In this document: positions 1 through 11,900 of the stretch, piece by piece
How positions within the stretch are numbered: the stretch's first letter is position 1
Layout: every line of letters starts with the position of its first letter
Origin: Tubiluchus corallicola
Lineage: Eukaryota; Animalia; Priapulida
Direction of reading: 5' to 3'
Length of the DNA stretch: 64,000 bases
NCBI GenBank assembly: GCA_030141605.1
Contig: JAQGDQ010000612.1
Coordinates: 1 to 64,000, forward strand
Program-made: the position numbers and the translations under genes
The notes under the pieces: model-generated
The model's database searches: none
Seen by the model: only the letters and a program-made list of their open reading frames with translations
Told to the model about the DNA's origin: nothing

Positions 1-29
1 CGTTAGTAAATATAGTTAATTAGACTCAC

Positions 30-3000
30 CCAGCTCGTAAAGATCTCCCTGCTTTTCAACAAATGCCGCAAAGTGCCAGTCAACTTTTTGAACAGCCTAC
101 AAAAAATCAATACCACGTAACTCAACAAGCTGGGACATAGGGTTGCAATTTTATTGTGCATCCTACAGATAAGAACTTTGGGCATCCTAGTACACTTGCT
201 GCTAGTTATGGCTCCAGGTCACAGAGCCACAAAAATCCCCCCCCCCCCGACTAATTCAGTGTTTTCTTTTGTTCGAATAAATGTATGGTTGCTCCATAGT
301 TATCTCGTCTAAGTTCACGAACTCGTTTACTGACATATAGAAACCAAATACACAGAAAGGTTAGTCACAATCACATTCAAATTTGTGAAGGATGGCTTAA
401 TAAGATATTTCTCTATATACAGGGATGAAAATGACAAATTGCAAAAAACTCTGAAACAGGCCGGGGGTTTGGGGGCCGCTGCAGCCAGCAACAAATTACA
501 ATTTTGTGACCACAGAGAGCCTCTAAGTGGACTTAAAATACCAATTACCTTGTTTCATGCATAATTTAAAATACCCAACTATCAAGGATACATGATACCT
601 AATTGTCTCAAAAACGCCTAAGTACTGGCCGCTCCTATGCAAAAGTATACAAAAACTGTCTGCAATTGACTCAAATAACTCCGCAGAATTGATTCTATAT
701 TTTTATACATAGAGATATACACGTGGTTTCACTGATGTACGTGATGTAAACAAAGTGACGGCCCGCCAACTAGCGGTCAACTTGTGAAATAATGTACTGG
801 GTCCGTAAAAATTTTCACAACGAATTTACGCGATTTACAAAAATGGCACTACTGGTCTTCCAAAAACTTGGAATTTCGCGTATCCGCGGAAAATTCTCAT
901 TCCTGCATATAAATGAAGTCGATGCAGTTGAAAAAGTTTTGTCCTACACCAGCCTATACAAGGCTGTCTTAGCGCATGGGCATGGTAAGCGGTAGCCTGA
1001 GGGCCTCGTGCTAATCTACATATGAGTTTTTCCAGGCGCATATTATACTGTCCAAACGTTTGTGTTGATCAATTTTTGTTGTACAGCACGTTTTTAGTGT
1101 TTAAACCGTGATTTTGTCGGAAGTCCCAATACAATAAATATATGTTTAATATTACCGACCATTTACATGCAGAAAGGTTAAATTCAGTTTGTTTGGTGAG
1201 TGGAAAAATGAATGTAAATTGTGCAAACGAAACACTTGTAAGAAGTGTTCCAAAAAGATGCGCGTCCCCACAGAGCACTTTGAGAACATTCCGGTGTTTG
1301 CTTTAGGACCTGAAATGAGCAGTAGCTCATCTGGATCATCAGGTGATGACTCTCCGGTCAAAAGCACTAAAAGTGCAACACGCTACACTATCAACCAAAA
1401 CAATGCCTGGTCAGCACCAAACAGCCCTGCAAGTAGTCGTCGGGCTCGCTCTCGTGTTGGCAAAAAACTAGACCATGCACTGCTTTGCTCAGAAATCTAT
1501 AACGTTGTTAAGACGGCCAGTAGCAATGCAACGTTACCTCTGTCTGACCTTCGTGAGCGCTTGCCTCATGAGCCGTTGATATATCCTGTAAGCAAAATAA
1601 ATCATGAAATATAGAAAATTAACAAACAATTCAAATGCGAATGAAGTTTACTGCTATATGCCAAGACACTTTTTAATAAAAACTACAGAACGCATGCAAT
1701 TAAAAAATGGTTTTACAGCCTTAATTAAAATTGGATGAAACATTAAACGTAGATTTATGCTCGAATATGAAGCTGAATTTACACTGTTGCTTAAAGGTAA
1801 ATGGGCAACGGCAATTTGTCTTATTCTTTATTATAAAGCAATCTACTCCCAATTGTGAATTGATTCATTTCAATGATGTTAGCTCGTATATTTTTGCCAA
1901 ACGGAGAACATAGCAGTGTTCCAATACATTAGGGCAACAGTCCAACAGAGGCAATTCTGTTTTCATAGTTACCAAAAAACAGGCTCAACCATTACTAACC
2001 CAAATTAACAGTGAGCAGGCAAGCTTTTTTTTAAAAAAAAGCAATGCTATATTTCTGGTTGAAAAACCGTTTTTTCCCTCATGCTCATTACTTTCTTCAT
2101 TCTTTTAATCTAGCCTGTGTTTCTGTTACATTACCTAATAAATTTTCAATTGTACACTAAATTTCTTCATCATACTTTTCACAACTGAACAAGCAAAACA
2201 ATGCTCAACGATACTCTATTGTCCGAATATAAAAAAGTGCCCTGTCTGGAATGCTGAGAATCATGGAAAACAACAGTAAGCTGTCAAAACAGTTAATGCT
2301 TAGGGGGCCTTACAGAAGCTGTGAATCCACGTTTCAAGCAGCATGTAACATTTACTTAGTCACAGTTAATGCTTAGGGAGCCTTACAGACGCTGTGGATC
2401 CACGTTTCAAGCAGCATGTAACATTTACTTAGTCACAGTTAATGCTTAGGGAGCCTTACAGACGCTGTGGATCCACGTTTCAAGCAGCATGTAACATTTA
2501 CTTAGTCACAGTTAATGCTTAGGGAGCCTTACAGAAGCTGTGGATCCACGTTTCAAGCGGCATGTAACATTTACTTAGTCACAGTTAATGCTTAGGGAGC
2601 CTTACAGAAGCTGTGGATCCACGTTTCCAGCGGCATGTAACATTTACTTAGTCACAGTTAATGCTTAGGGAGCCTTACAGAAGCTGTGGATCCACGTTTC
2701 CAGCGGCATGTAACATTTACTTAGTCACAGTTAATGCTTAGGGAGCCTTACAGAAGCTGTGGATCCACGTTTCCAGCAGCATGTAACATTTACTTAGTCA
2801 CAGTTAATGCTTAGGGAGCCTTACAGAAGCTGTGGATCCACGTTTCAAGCAGCACGTAACATTTACTTAGTCACAGTTAATGCTTAGGGAGCCTTACAGA
2901 AGCCGTGGATCCACGTTTCAAGCAGCGTGCAACATTTACCAAATAGCTTTTCAACAGAACACTGTTAAATTGAGATATTTACCTTTTCAGTCTCCATGTA

Positions 3001-5227
3001 CTTTGCTCTCTCTTCTGGCTTCATGCCCTTGGTAGCATTCAGAAACTTCTGCAGTTTCCCGCCGTCTTTCAGTGCCAGTTTCTCCGTGTTGTTGAGTAGG
3101 ACGTGCAACAATGCGACGGTACCACAAGCGTTGCCCACTGTCTGCTTGCTAAAGTACAGGCTTTCGCTTATCTTCTGCTTAGAGCCTTTTAACTTGGCTT
3201 CCTCCTGCTTAACATAGGCTTCATGCTGCAACAAAACAATAAGGTAGGCCTTTTTATGCCGTAGCAAAAAATAGGAATTAGTCAGCAAAGTATCAGGTAA
3301 TTTAAATCGGTTATTTACTTACACAGGAACAGTGAACAAAGGGATTCAATGTGACAAACAACTTACAAATGTTACAGACGTAATAGTCTTCCACTTCGAC
3401 ACGTGCAATTGCATATAAGAGAAAAGGTTAACATGCTAGATGCCTTCACCTTTAGCTTGCATTACTTTAAGATGTATGCTTAACTGTTTATATATTTATA
3501 GCAGGTAGAGCTCAAGAAACTGCTTGAATTAAACTTTCAAACACTTTTAACTCTTTGTCTTTGCTCACAAAAGCCAAAAAGCTCTCTTAATAGATTATGA
3601 AGCAAAGCACTCCTAAATTAATGATTTGAAAATACAAAAAATACAAGACAAAAACTAGCAAATAAATATGATGCATGCCAAGTTAAAGGAAAGAAACAAA
3701 TTTCAAGCTACATTCAGTAGCTTAATCAATTACAAGATCACCAACGTTTAGACAAAACTTTTATTAAAGGACAAGAAAAGGGGTACCTGAAGTAGGTTTC
3801 AGAAAATTATATTACTTTATGGCAATTTTATGTGTATATCGTATTCACGTTGAAAGGATTATTGTTTATTTTCATTTTAAATCTCCCCTAATGCTGTTCC
3901 GACGGCGGCATTACATGACATCTTATACGCACAACGTAAATCAGGGGAAAAAAGGAAATGTTAAACTATGTCCAAAAAAACTTTGAATGCAAAATTATAT
4001 TACTTAGCATTTCGCTTACCTGCTGAAAGACTTATGTAACTAGAAAAGAAAATTATTGATTATTTAAAATGCTTTCACCAATAGGTCAAATATCGTTGAC
4101 TCACCCTCCAGGGTGCACCACTCACTAACCAGAAACTTTTTTTAATCTTATTGACAAGTTACAGTAACTTTAAATTTTACTTAGTTAGTGAAATGTGCGC
4201 TACGAATGCTCTTATTATTTTTTCAAACTTTACAGAATGTTATCTAAACTTGTTTCAAATGTATTATCGTCAAAATGGCTGCGTCTAACGGTCATCGCGG
4301 GAGTTTAAATTTACATGTTTTATACAGCGTGACTGCCGATTGAAGTCCTATATGTAAAAAGGCAGTATGTAAGTGATATAAAGTTTCAAGCCAAATTTTC
4401 TAAGCTTTATGTTTATGATGGGTTTTCTTATACTTTAAGCAAATATAATCTAAGATTACTTTCCACATCAGTAAAATTGGTTATACAGAAAGAGGCAGGA
4501 TGCATGAAAACAGTAAAACTAGGAGCAGAGTTCACCTTGTCGTTACAAGGAAAGAGTAGAAGAACAGCAATAACTGGTTGAGGAACCGTAGCTAGTATGT
4601 CTGGATCCAAGCCGTACACATCGACAAATTGGAACTTTCCCGGAATGTTTGTGACTCCAAGATTAGCTACGTACTAAAATACGAAAGGAAAATTCATTAA
4701 CAGCAACAATACTTACATGTTGTTAGTGAATTAAAGTTTGTACCACTTCAATTAAAAGCATTTTCGTCTGTAAATGAAACTACCTTGTAGTCAGTTGACA
4801 CATTTTCTTAATCTCAAATGACAAACTAAAAGTAACATGTAGCGCATTATATGTAAATAAAGCTAATGTAATATAATAAACTAGTTAAATATCACCGTAA
4901 TGTTAAAAAAATGTTGAAAAGTTTAGTATCAAATCGGTGATTGCAGCTTCCTTAGTATGTCTTCTGATAATCAGATGGCGAGCTCACCTTGTTCATTACC
5001 TGGAAAAATATTTACACGTTAAAATACAAAATAATACTATATTAGCAAAACAGTGACAAGCCAGTAAACATATGTAACAAACCTAACTTGATTGCGCGGC
5101 TTAAAACAGCATGACATAATTGCCAAATAAAATGATAATATTATTAATTTTACACTACAGATAAAAACAAGAAAAAGCTTACATCGGGATTAGATTCCAA
5201 AGGTAACCACCTGGGTTTTGAAGCCAT
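30..5227 (-). CDS. UCHL3: Ubiquitin C-terminal hydrolase, UCHL1/UCHL3 family (3' end continues beyond position 1)
   Basis: Exons in transcript order: 5227-5183 [15 protein letters not shown]; 4999-4988 VMNK; 4673-4536 YVANLGV...LLLFPCNDK; 3225-2983 HEAYVK...[14 protein letters not shown]...METEK; 1585-1538 [16 protein letters not shown]; 96-30 [22 protein letters not shown](D). All introns are GT-AG with consistent phase. Catalytic Gln/Cys, His and Asp motifs are present. Probably co-orthologous to UCHL1 and UCHL3. Confidence 0.95.
1162..1470 (+). pseudogene. Fragment of Spire (actin nucleator) C-terminal FYVE-like zinc finger, antisense within UCH intron 5
   Basis: Translates [50 protein letters not shown], matching the Spire C-terminal pattern CFxCxxxxFSxFGxWxxxCKLCxRxxCxKCxxKMRIPxEHFxNxP. 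There is an in-frame stop just upstream, the first Cys is missing and no other Spire exons are visible. Confidence 0.75.
2288..2940. repeat. Minisatellite, 73-bp unit, about 9 copies, UCH intron 4
   Basis: Unit cacagttaatgcttagggagccttacagaagctgtggatccacgtttcaagcagcatgtaacatttacttagt starts at 2361, 2434, 2507 and onward. Confidence 0.97.
3768..4434. mobile_element. Kolobok/T2-like MITE, copy A
   Basis: Ends TTAA|aggacaagaaaa ... ttttcttatact|TTAA. Internal sequence is shared with copies at 7807-9162, 11814-12298 and 36638-36790. Confidence 0.7.
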
Positions 5228-5906
5228 TTTTGTAAAAACAAATTTTAACGAAAACTGCAAAACGTGATGAACGCCGGCAACAAAAATTTTCTTACACTTG
5301 CCGCTAGATGGCAATACGTCTGAAGTCACGAGACTGATAAATAACAGCACAAGAATGATACTGTAGTGTAATAGTCTGGTAAAACTTTATTATTGATGTA
5401 GGTTTTCATCTACGTTAGTTGTAGTCAGTATTTTCATTTTAAAGTTGACCGTAAACTTGCTAATAAATGCATTATTTTTAGTAAACTTGCTAGTAACAGT
5501 CTGCTATTTTTAGAGCAGTGCAATTGTTTATTTGTGTACTTTTTAGTTCTGTCACCAGTTAGCCAGGTTTCATTGTTAAGTTGGCCTGGCTACCTGCGTT
5601 GTGCTTAAAACAATTACTGTATGACTGAGTATGATGTCTTTTACCTTTCGTCATCATTTAGAGAAAGGTCTATGTTTCAAACCACGAGGCTGTATCAGAT
5701 GTTTTTTTTACATTGTAATTTGTAATATTAATGGTATTGTCATGTGATTGCACAGTTCATTATTTTTGTTTTCAATAATTCTGTAGAGATCACTGTTAAA
5801 ATCTGTCATTTTATATCAGATTCTATAGAATTTTAGTTTACTGTACATGTATATTGATCAGATAATTACGTATTTTTAGTTCTCATATACATGCAAACCT
5901 GACAAG
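5228..5906. promoter_or_regulatory. Bidirectional promoter and 5'UTR region shared by UCH and VAMP7
   Basis: Divergent ATGs at 5227 (-) and 5907 (+), about 680 bp apart. Confidence 0.7.
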
Positions 5907-8900
5907 ATGCCGATATTATACGGGGTTGTCGCTCGTGGGGTGACCGTCCTCGCTAAACATGCCTCTTGTGCAGGGAACTTTTCTGAAGTCACAGAACAAA
6001 TTCTAGCAAAAATTCCTCCAGAGAACGGGAAGTTAACATATTCACATGCTAGGTAAAAAACTTTAGTGAAATGATGAATATCATTGATCTATAGTCTTTA
6101 CACAAGCTCCTGATTTGTTAAAAATTAATAAATTAATTAATCAAATTTTTACTTAAACTGAGTTAGCAGGTGTTGGAGTTTATGTTGTAGTCTAGCATTG
6201 CATTCGCATAGTGTTAGGTCATGATGATCGGCTGTAGTTAGTTCCGTTGTCATGGAAACAGTAGACGCCAGACATTATGTGAAGTTGTAAAGTATTCTAC
6301 TGTAACATAAGACTAGTATTTTATACCAATATTAATGTTGCATAACTATGAAAGCTTGTCTTCCGTACTTTTTATCTGTGTGCAATACCAGATGAAACAG
6401 CAGACAGTTTGGTTACTGCACTGCAGTTTCAAATGCATGCTTGTGTTTTTGAACTTGTACAAAAGATTACTAATTTCTCAATGGAAATTTAATTACAGAC
6501 AAAATCTTATTTCACACGTCACTTTGTTTTGTTTCAGCTATCTGTTTCATTATCTATGTGAGGATAAAATCATATACATGTGCATAACAGATGATGTAAG
6601 TACATTATCATAACTGGTCATTTACAAAAAACTTTGTCTGTTTTTGTCTGCTTAAAAAGTTTAGCTTTAAAAAAGATGATGTAAGTATATCAAATAAAAA
6701 TTAAAATAAATAGCCAGTTTAAAAAGTTTGTCCGTTTGTGAGTTAAAAAAAAATTTAACTCTAAACTTATGCTGTATTAAATATGGTTTACTTAAACCAA
6801 AACCGGACCCAATCTTAAACTGTAGGCCAAAACAATCTACTCTTCAAAATTTTGAAAGTAAACATACTATTTTTTCAAAAATGACTTACGTAAAAGAATT
6901 ATTGCCACACAAACACAATTTTGCTTTTGCGCCACTAATATTTTGCTGTTTCATGCATTTTGCCATTCGCTAGTTAGATGGGCACTAGCGCCTGCATTTC
7001 AAAAAGCATTGCACAAAAACCAGATGCTGTACCTCTCAGTTCAGATTGTGACGAACTACACACATTCGACAGCTCATGTGTGAACACAGCGGTATATTTG
7101 AAATATGAATTTCTATCTCAAAATTTGCCTAGTTTTAGTACAACACACTGAATATCTTACAGTAGCACTGTACTTCAATTTTTTCTTTCGCAAACATGTG
7201 CAACACGCTCGTGGAATATTTTTGCTTTTGAAAGTTATGTTACTTTGTGATGTCATCAATAGTTGGGCTCGCCCATCGTTAATTAAGTTTTTAATCTATT
7301 ATGTAATTATCAGAAATACTTTTGTAGTATTAATTGTGTTAAAGTGTATACTTTTATAGGATTTAAAAATGTGATGATATATGAAAAATCATCCTGTCTT
7401 CCTTTAAGTTGCCTACATGCTTACTTTTTCTAAGTGCCTTTTCATTTTATTCAACTGGTATTTTTACTTTTTCTGACAGTTTGATTAAGCATAAACAGTA
7501 AATCTTGGTAGCTGCTCGATGCTATATTTCCATGTTGCAGTCTTGATTTGTTTCTTTTCTTGTTTGTATCAAAAACTTACATTTTAACAATATTTTTTGT
7601 TCATTTTTTTGTGTGTCGACAGTAAACAAATTATAATATAAAGCTTTTATTTAGCATTTATTTATATAACATTTCTTTATTGATTATTATGTTATTATAC
7701 ATTGAAAAGTTCACTGCAATCTTATGTTTATGTTAAAATGTTCTAGCTGAAATAATTTCGTTTTGTTTTTATTTGCTTTGGCAGTTTCTTCTTCATATTT
7801 CATTAAAGGAGAAGACAAGGCAATTTTAAACTATGTCACAAAAATCTTTCGACGCAAAGTTATACAGTGTTCCTCACTTATCGTGGGTGTTCCATTCCAG
7901 GCCTACCCACGATAAGTGAATTTCTGCGAAGTAGGGATGCTATACTTATTTTAGTAGTTATACCTTATTTTAAGTCTTTATAAACCCTCCCCCGCTCTTA
8001 TACATAACCCTTTCCCGCGGGCGCAAGTACTACATTTCTTTTTGGTGTGTATTCATCTGCCGTATAAATACACCTATTTACTGTAAATGGTAATTTTTAT
8101 GATTTATAATATTCTTTTAATATTATAATTAATATTTTTAATATATTTTTATACGTTTTGTGATTTTTTATGCAAAATTCATCATATCTATACATTACTG
8201 TACAATACGTACTACGCATGTGCAAAAATACTTTAGACGGAGTACCGCAAAACAGCAAAAATACCGCGTTATATGTTTTTCATTAATATTTATGAAAACC
8301 CGCGAAACAGCGAGTCCGCGATAAACGAACCGCGAAGTAGCGAGGGAACACTGTATTACTTAGCATTACACTTGCCTGCTTGAAAAGCTTTTGTAATTAG
8401 AAAAGGAAATTCTTTGCACTTTAAGGTGATCATGTCAGCTGCTAAAATGTCATTGACTCACCTTCCCAGGGTACACTACTGATTCACCAAAAAACTTATT
8501 TCTTATTTTATTGCTAAGATACAGTACGGTAGTACCTCTGTTTTCGACCATAATTCGTTCCTAAAAAGTGTTTGAAAACTGATTTGGTTGAGCACCAAAT
8601 CATTTATTCTCATAAGAAATAATGTAAAAGCAAATAATCCGTTCTCAAGCACCAAATGAACTGTAAAGTATTACTAAAACGAAATATCGTAATGCAAAAA
8701 TATTTATTCAAACTGTAGATACGATATAATTGATAACAAAAACATAATAGAATTACTTTGAAAGAAAAACATAATTGTTCCTGCATGAAAAAGCGGAGAA
8801 AAATAAGCGTAGAAAGCACTTGGCGATGTTAGGCAATTCAAATCTTGTGCGTGACTACTCACGGGCACGGTTGGTTACGCTCGGCTCGCCGCGCATGTGT

Positions 8901-11900
8901 TCATCATGTGTTTGGCGGTAGGTCGAGTATCGAAATTCTGGTCGAGAGCGGAGACAATTTCAGCTCGAATTTTCTGGTCGAAAACCGATTTGTACGAGTA
9001 CGGAGACTTTCGAAAACGGAGGTATAACTGTAATTTATATTTTAGTTTAGTTAGCAAAGAGGTGTGCTACGATTATTTTTTCAATGATTATATAGGTGAT
9101 ATAAAATTTCAAATTCAAAAGAATTTTTTTAGCGTTATGTAAGTAAAGGGTTTTCTTATGCTTTTAGTATATTTTGTTATTCTAACTTTCCAGGAGTTTG
9201 AGAGATCGAGAGCTTTCTTATTTCTTCAAGAAATAAAGAAGAGATTTCAAACAATGTTTGGGCCGCGAGCAGAGACTGCTCTCGCATTTGCTTTCAATAC
9301 AGAATTTTCCAAAGTCTTAGCAGGTCAAATGGTATGAGAGATGTACACACGTGTATCTTTTAAAATTTTCTCAGCAGATAAATAAATAAGGTCTACTTAA
9401 TATATATATATAAACGACTTCATCACAGTCAAGTGGAAGTAAAAATAAATAAAAGGCCGGAGTCTTTGTATAAGCAACTTGCAGAGACGAAGTGCTTCTG
9501 TTTTACATATTTATATGCATGACACTTCATATTTCGCATATTTCACAATAGCAAATAAAAAGTGTATGTATAAAAATACGACTTAAACGTCTAGTGTGCT
9601 ACTTTGTATATAGATCAATTACAACATAGTTTTACTAGATTTTGTTAAATCATCACTGGAATCCATTACCTTGCTGTTTGGCTTCTGTTGTCTACTCTTT
9701 TAGCATGCATTAGTTTGATGTAACATCAACAGGAATTTTAATTGATTAGCCCTTACTATAGTGATTAGTTTGTGACCCACAAGGTTTGTCAATTTTATAT
9801 TTTAAAAGTGTAGTATTATCAATTTGTCTCTGTTTCATGTCAGCTCTTGTCCTTGACTGCCAGTGGTGTTTGGTAAAGTGTGATAGCTGTGGCGCTTTAA
9901 GTGAACGAAAAAAGCTCAGATCTGGCATTTTCTCTCAGAAAATCTTCAAATTTTGAGCATGTTTTGACAATGTTTGTGAACGCGTTAAAAAACAGATTTT
10001 TTTAGCAGAAAACCACCAACATTTTTGCCCTTATTTCGTCTTCCAAGCTGCATGGGTCTGTGGAAACATATCTAGTATGCAGTAAATACCACTTCTGCCT
10101 GTAATTTAAGCAGAACTCCAGACCAAAAGCTGATGTGACGGAAAACTAGATGCACTACATGCATATAAAAAAAGTTTAACCAAACATGTCTCATGATACA
10201 GTATGTGCGACTTGGGAAACTGGCTTTTTTATATCGTACCATTTACAATTTGATGGAGACAAATGTGGCTGGAATAGTTGATATATTTTGCTGGATAAAT
10301 TTTACTGATTCTCAAACACAGTGTTGTCAGAGGTATGCATGTTTTTAGTTCTGCACATCAGATGACTTGAGATTTGTAACTACGGTTACCTTCCTGTCTT
10401 GTAATTAGATTTTTTTATTTTTAGAGGTATTTCTCTGATTCTAGACCAGTGGATCCAGTGTCACGTGTTCAACACGACCTTGACGACCTCAAGGGCATCA
10501 TGGTGAAGAATATCGGTACGTAAAAAAAACAACAAAAAACTGCTTGTCGACGAGGAATTTTAGCTCATATGTAACACTAAGCTACGTAAGTTAATATAAC
10601 TCAGCAGGGATTATATTCCAAGAGAGAATTTTATATTTTCAATGCAGAAGGGATTAAACTGCAGATTAAGGCCTGAAACTTTTGTAATATTACTCTTTGT
10701 ACAAACTACAGTTCCTATAAGTTGTATATAACTTACAGGATATCTTACTATTGAATGTCGCACATCAGACTAGAACCTTATTCAAGTTTGTAAATGTAGC
10801 AACATTTTATTGCTACCAAATTTGCAAAAATCCAGTATAAAAATGATCCAAGTAAATGTGTTATGTATTAATGCAGAAAAGGTAAAAATTGCAATGTCAC
10901 ATGCATGTTATTTGAAATGCTGTTTTGGCATCAGATAACCTGGAAAGGGGGATGATATTCTAACCATAGGCGTCTGCTGGGAGGGAACAAACAGGTTATT
11001 TGCCCCCGCCTGGATGAGACCTTCTAACCTAGGGTGAAAACCTCATAATTAATTCCCTAAAGAGTGTCGGCACTCGATAATTTTTGTTCTCTGCCTTGCT
11101 CAGTAGTAAGGGGCCAGGCCCGGGGGTCAAGCGGTCACTACGAACGGTGACAGCTTCAGACGAATCACAGCCATCGATACAAAGTGAAAATTTAACGTCT
11201 TCAGCAGGCTGCAGCGGCAAAAACAAGCAGTCTCAGGTGATATCAGTTCATGTACAGTACAAGTGTACAGCCAACCAGTCAACTAGTTACAAGCAATTTG
11301 CTGCTTCAGTTCTCCGTCCTCTTGTTTTGCATCCAGTTTACCTTGTTGGAAGACTTCATACTATAAGATATGAGATATTAAAGCACTTGTTCGAAAATAC
11401 TGGTGTGACTTTTGCTGCGATTCCAAGACCCAGCCCCCACTGAGGGCCCAGGGTGCGATAATGCTAAGCTATAATTGTGATAGTAGGAGTATGTCCCTTT
11501 GCTCCCCTCCCTTTGGAAGCATTGGAGCGGACACCCTTGATTCTGATATATCTCAAACAGGGTGCATGTGTGGAAAAAGGTGGAAATCACTGGCCTGGGT
11601 GATCATTACCATACAATTCATTTCAGACTTGGATCTGATGTGCCCTTTTCCACTCTCCTTCAATGAATTGTATTTTTACAAATAAACTCATATTTCTGCT
11701 TGCTTGGTTGTAACTGCTATTTGCGAATTTTTACAGATAATATTGCAGCCAGAGGGGAGAGGTTAGAGCTTCTGGTAGACAAGACAGAAAATTTAGAGAA
11801 TACGGTAAGTTGAAGGAAAGGAAAGGCAGTTCCAAAAAAACTTTCTACACAAAGCTATGTTACTTAGCATGTTGACTGTCTGTTTGAAAGACTTATGTAA

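Larger units (their letters stand above)
7807..9162. mobile_element. Kolobok/T2-like MITE, copy B, split by two nested Tc1/mariner-type MITEs
   Basis: Starts TTAA|aggagaagacaa. Host sequence resumes after each insert and aligns to copy A. Confidence 0.7.

Noticed and set aside
2288-2940. 73-bp units as tRNA arrays (also 37793-39033)
   Set aside because: The length is tRNA-like, but I see no cloverleaf, T-loop GTTCRA or A/B boxes.
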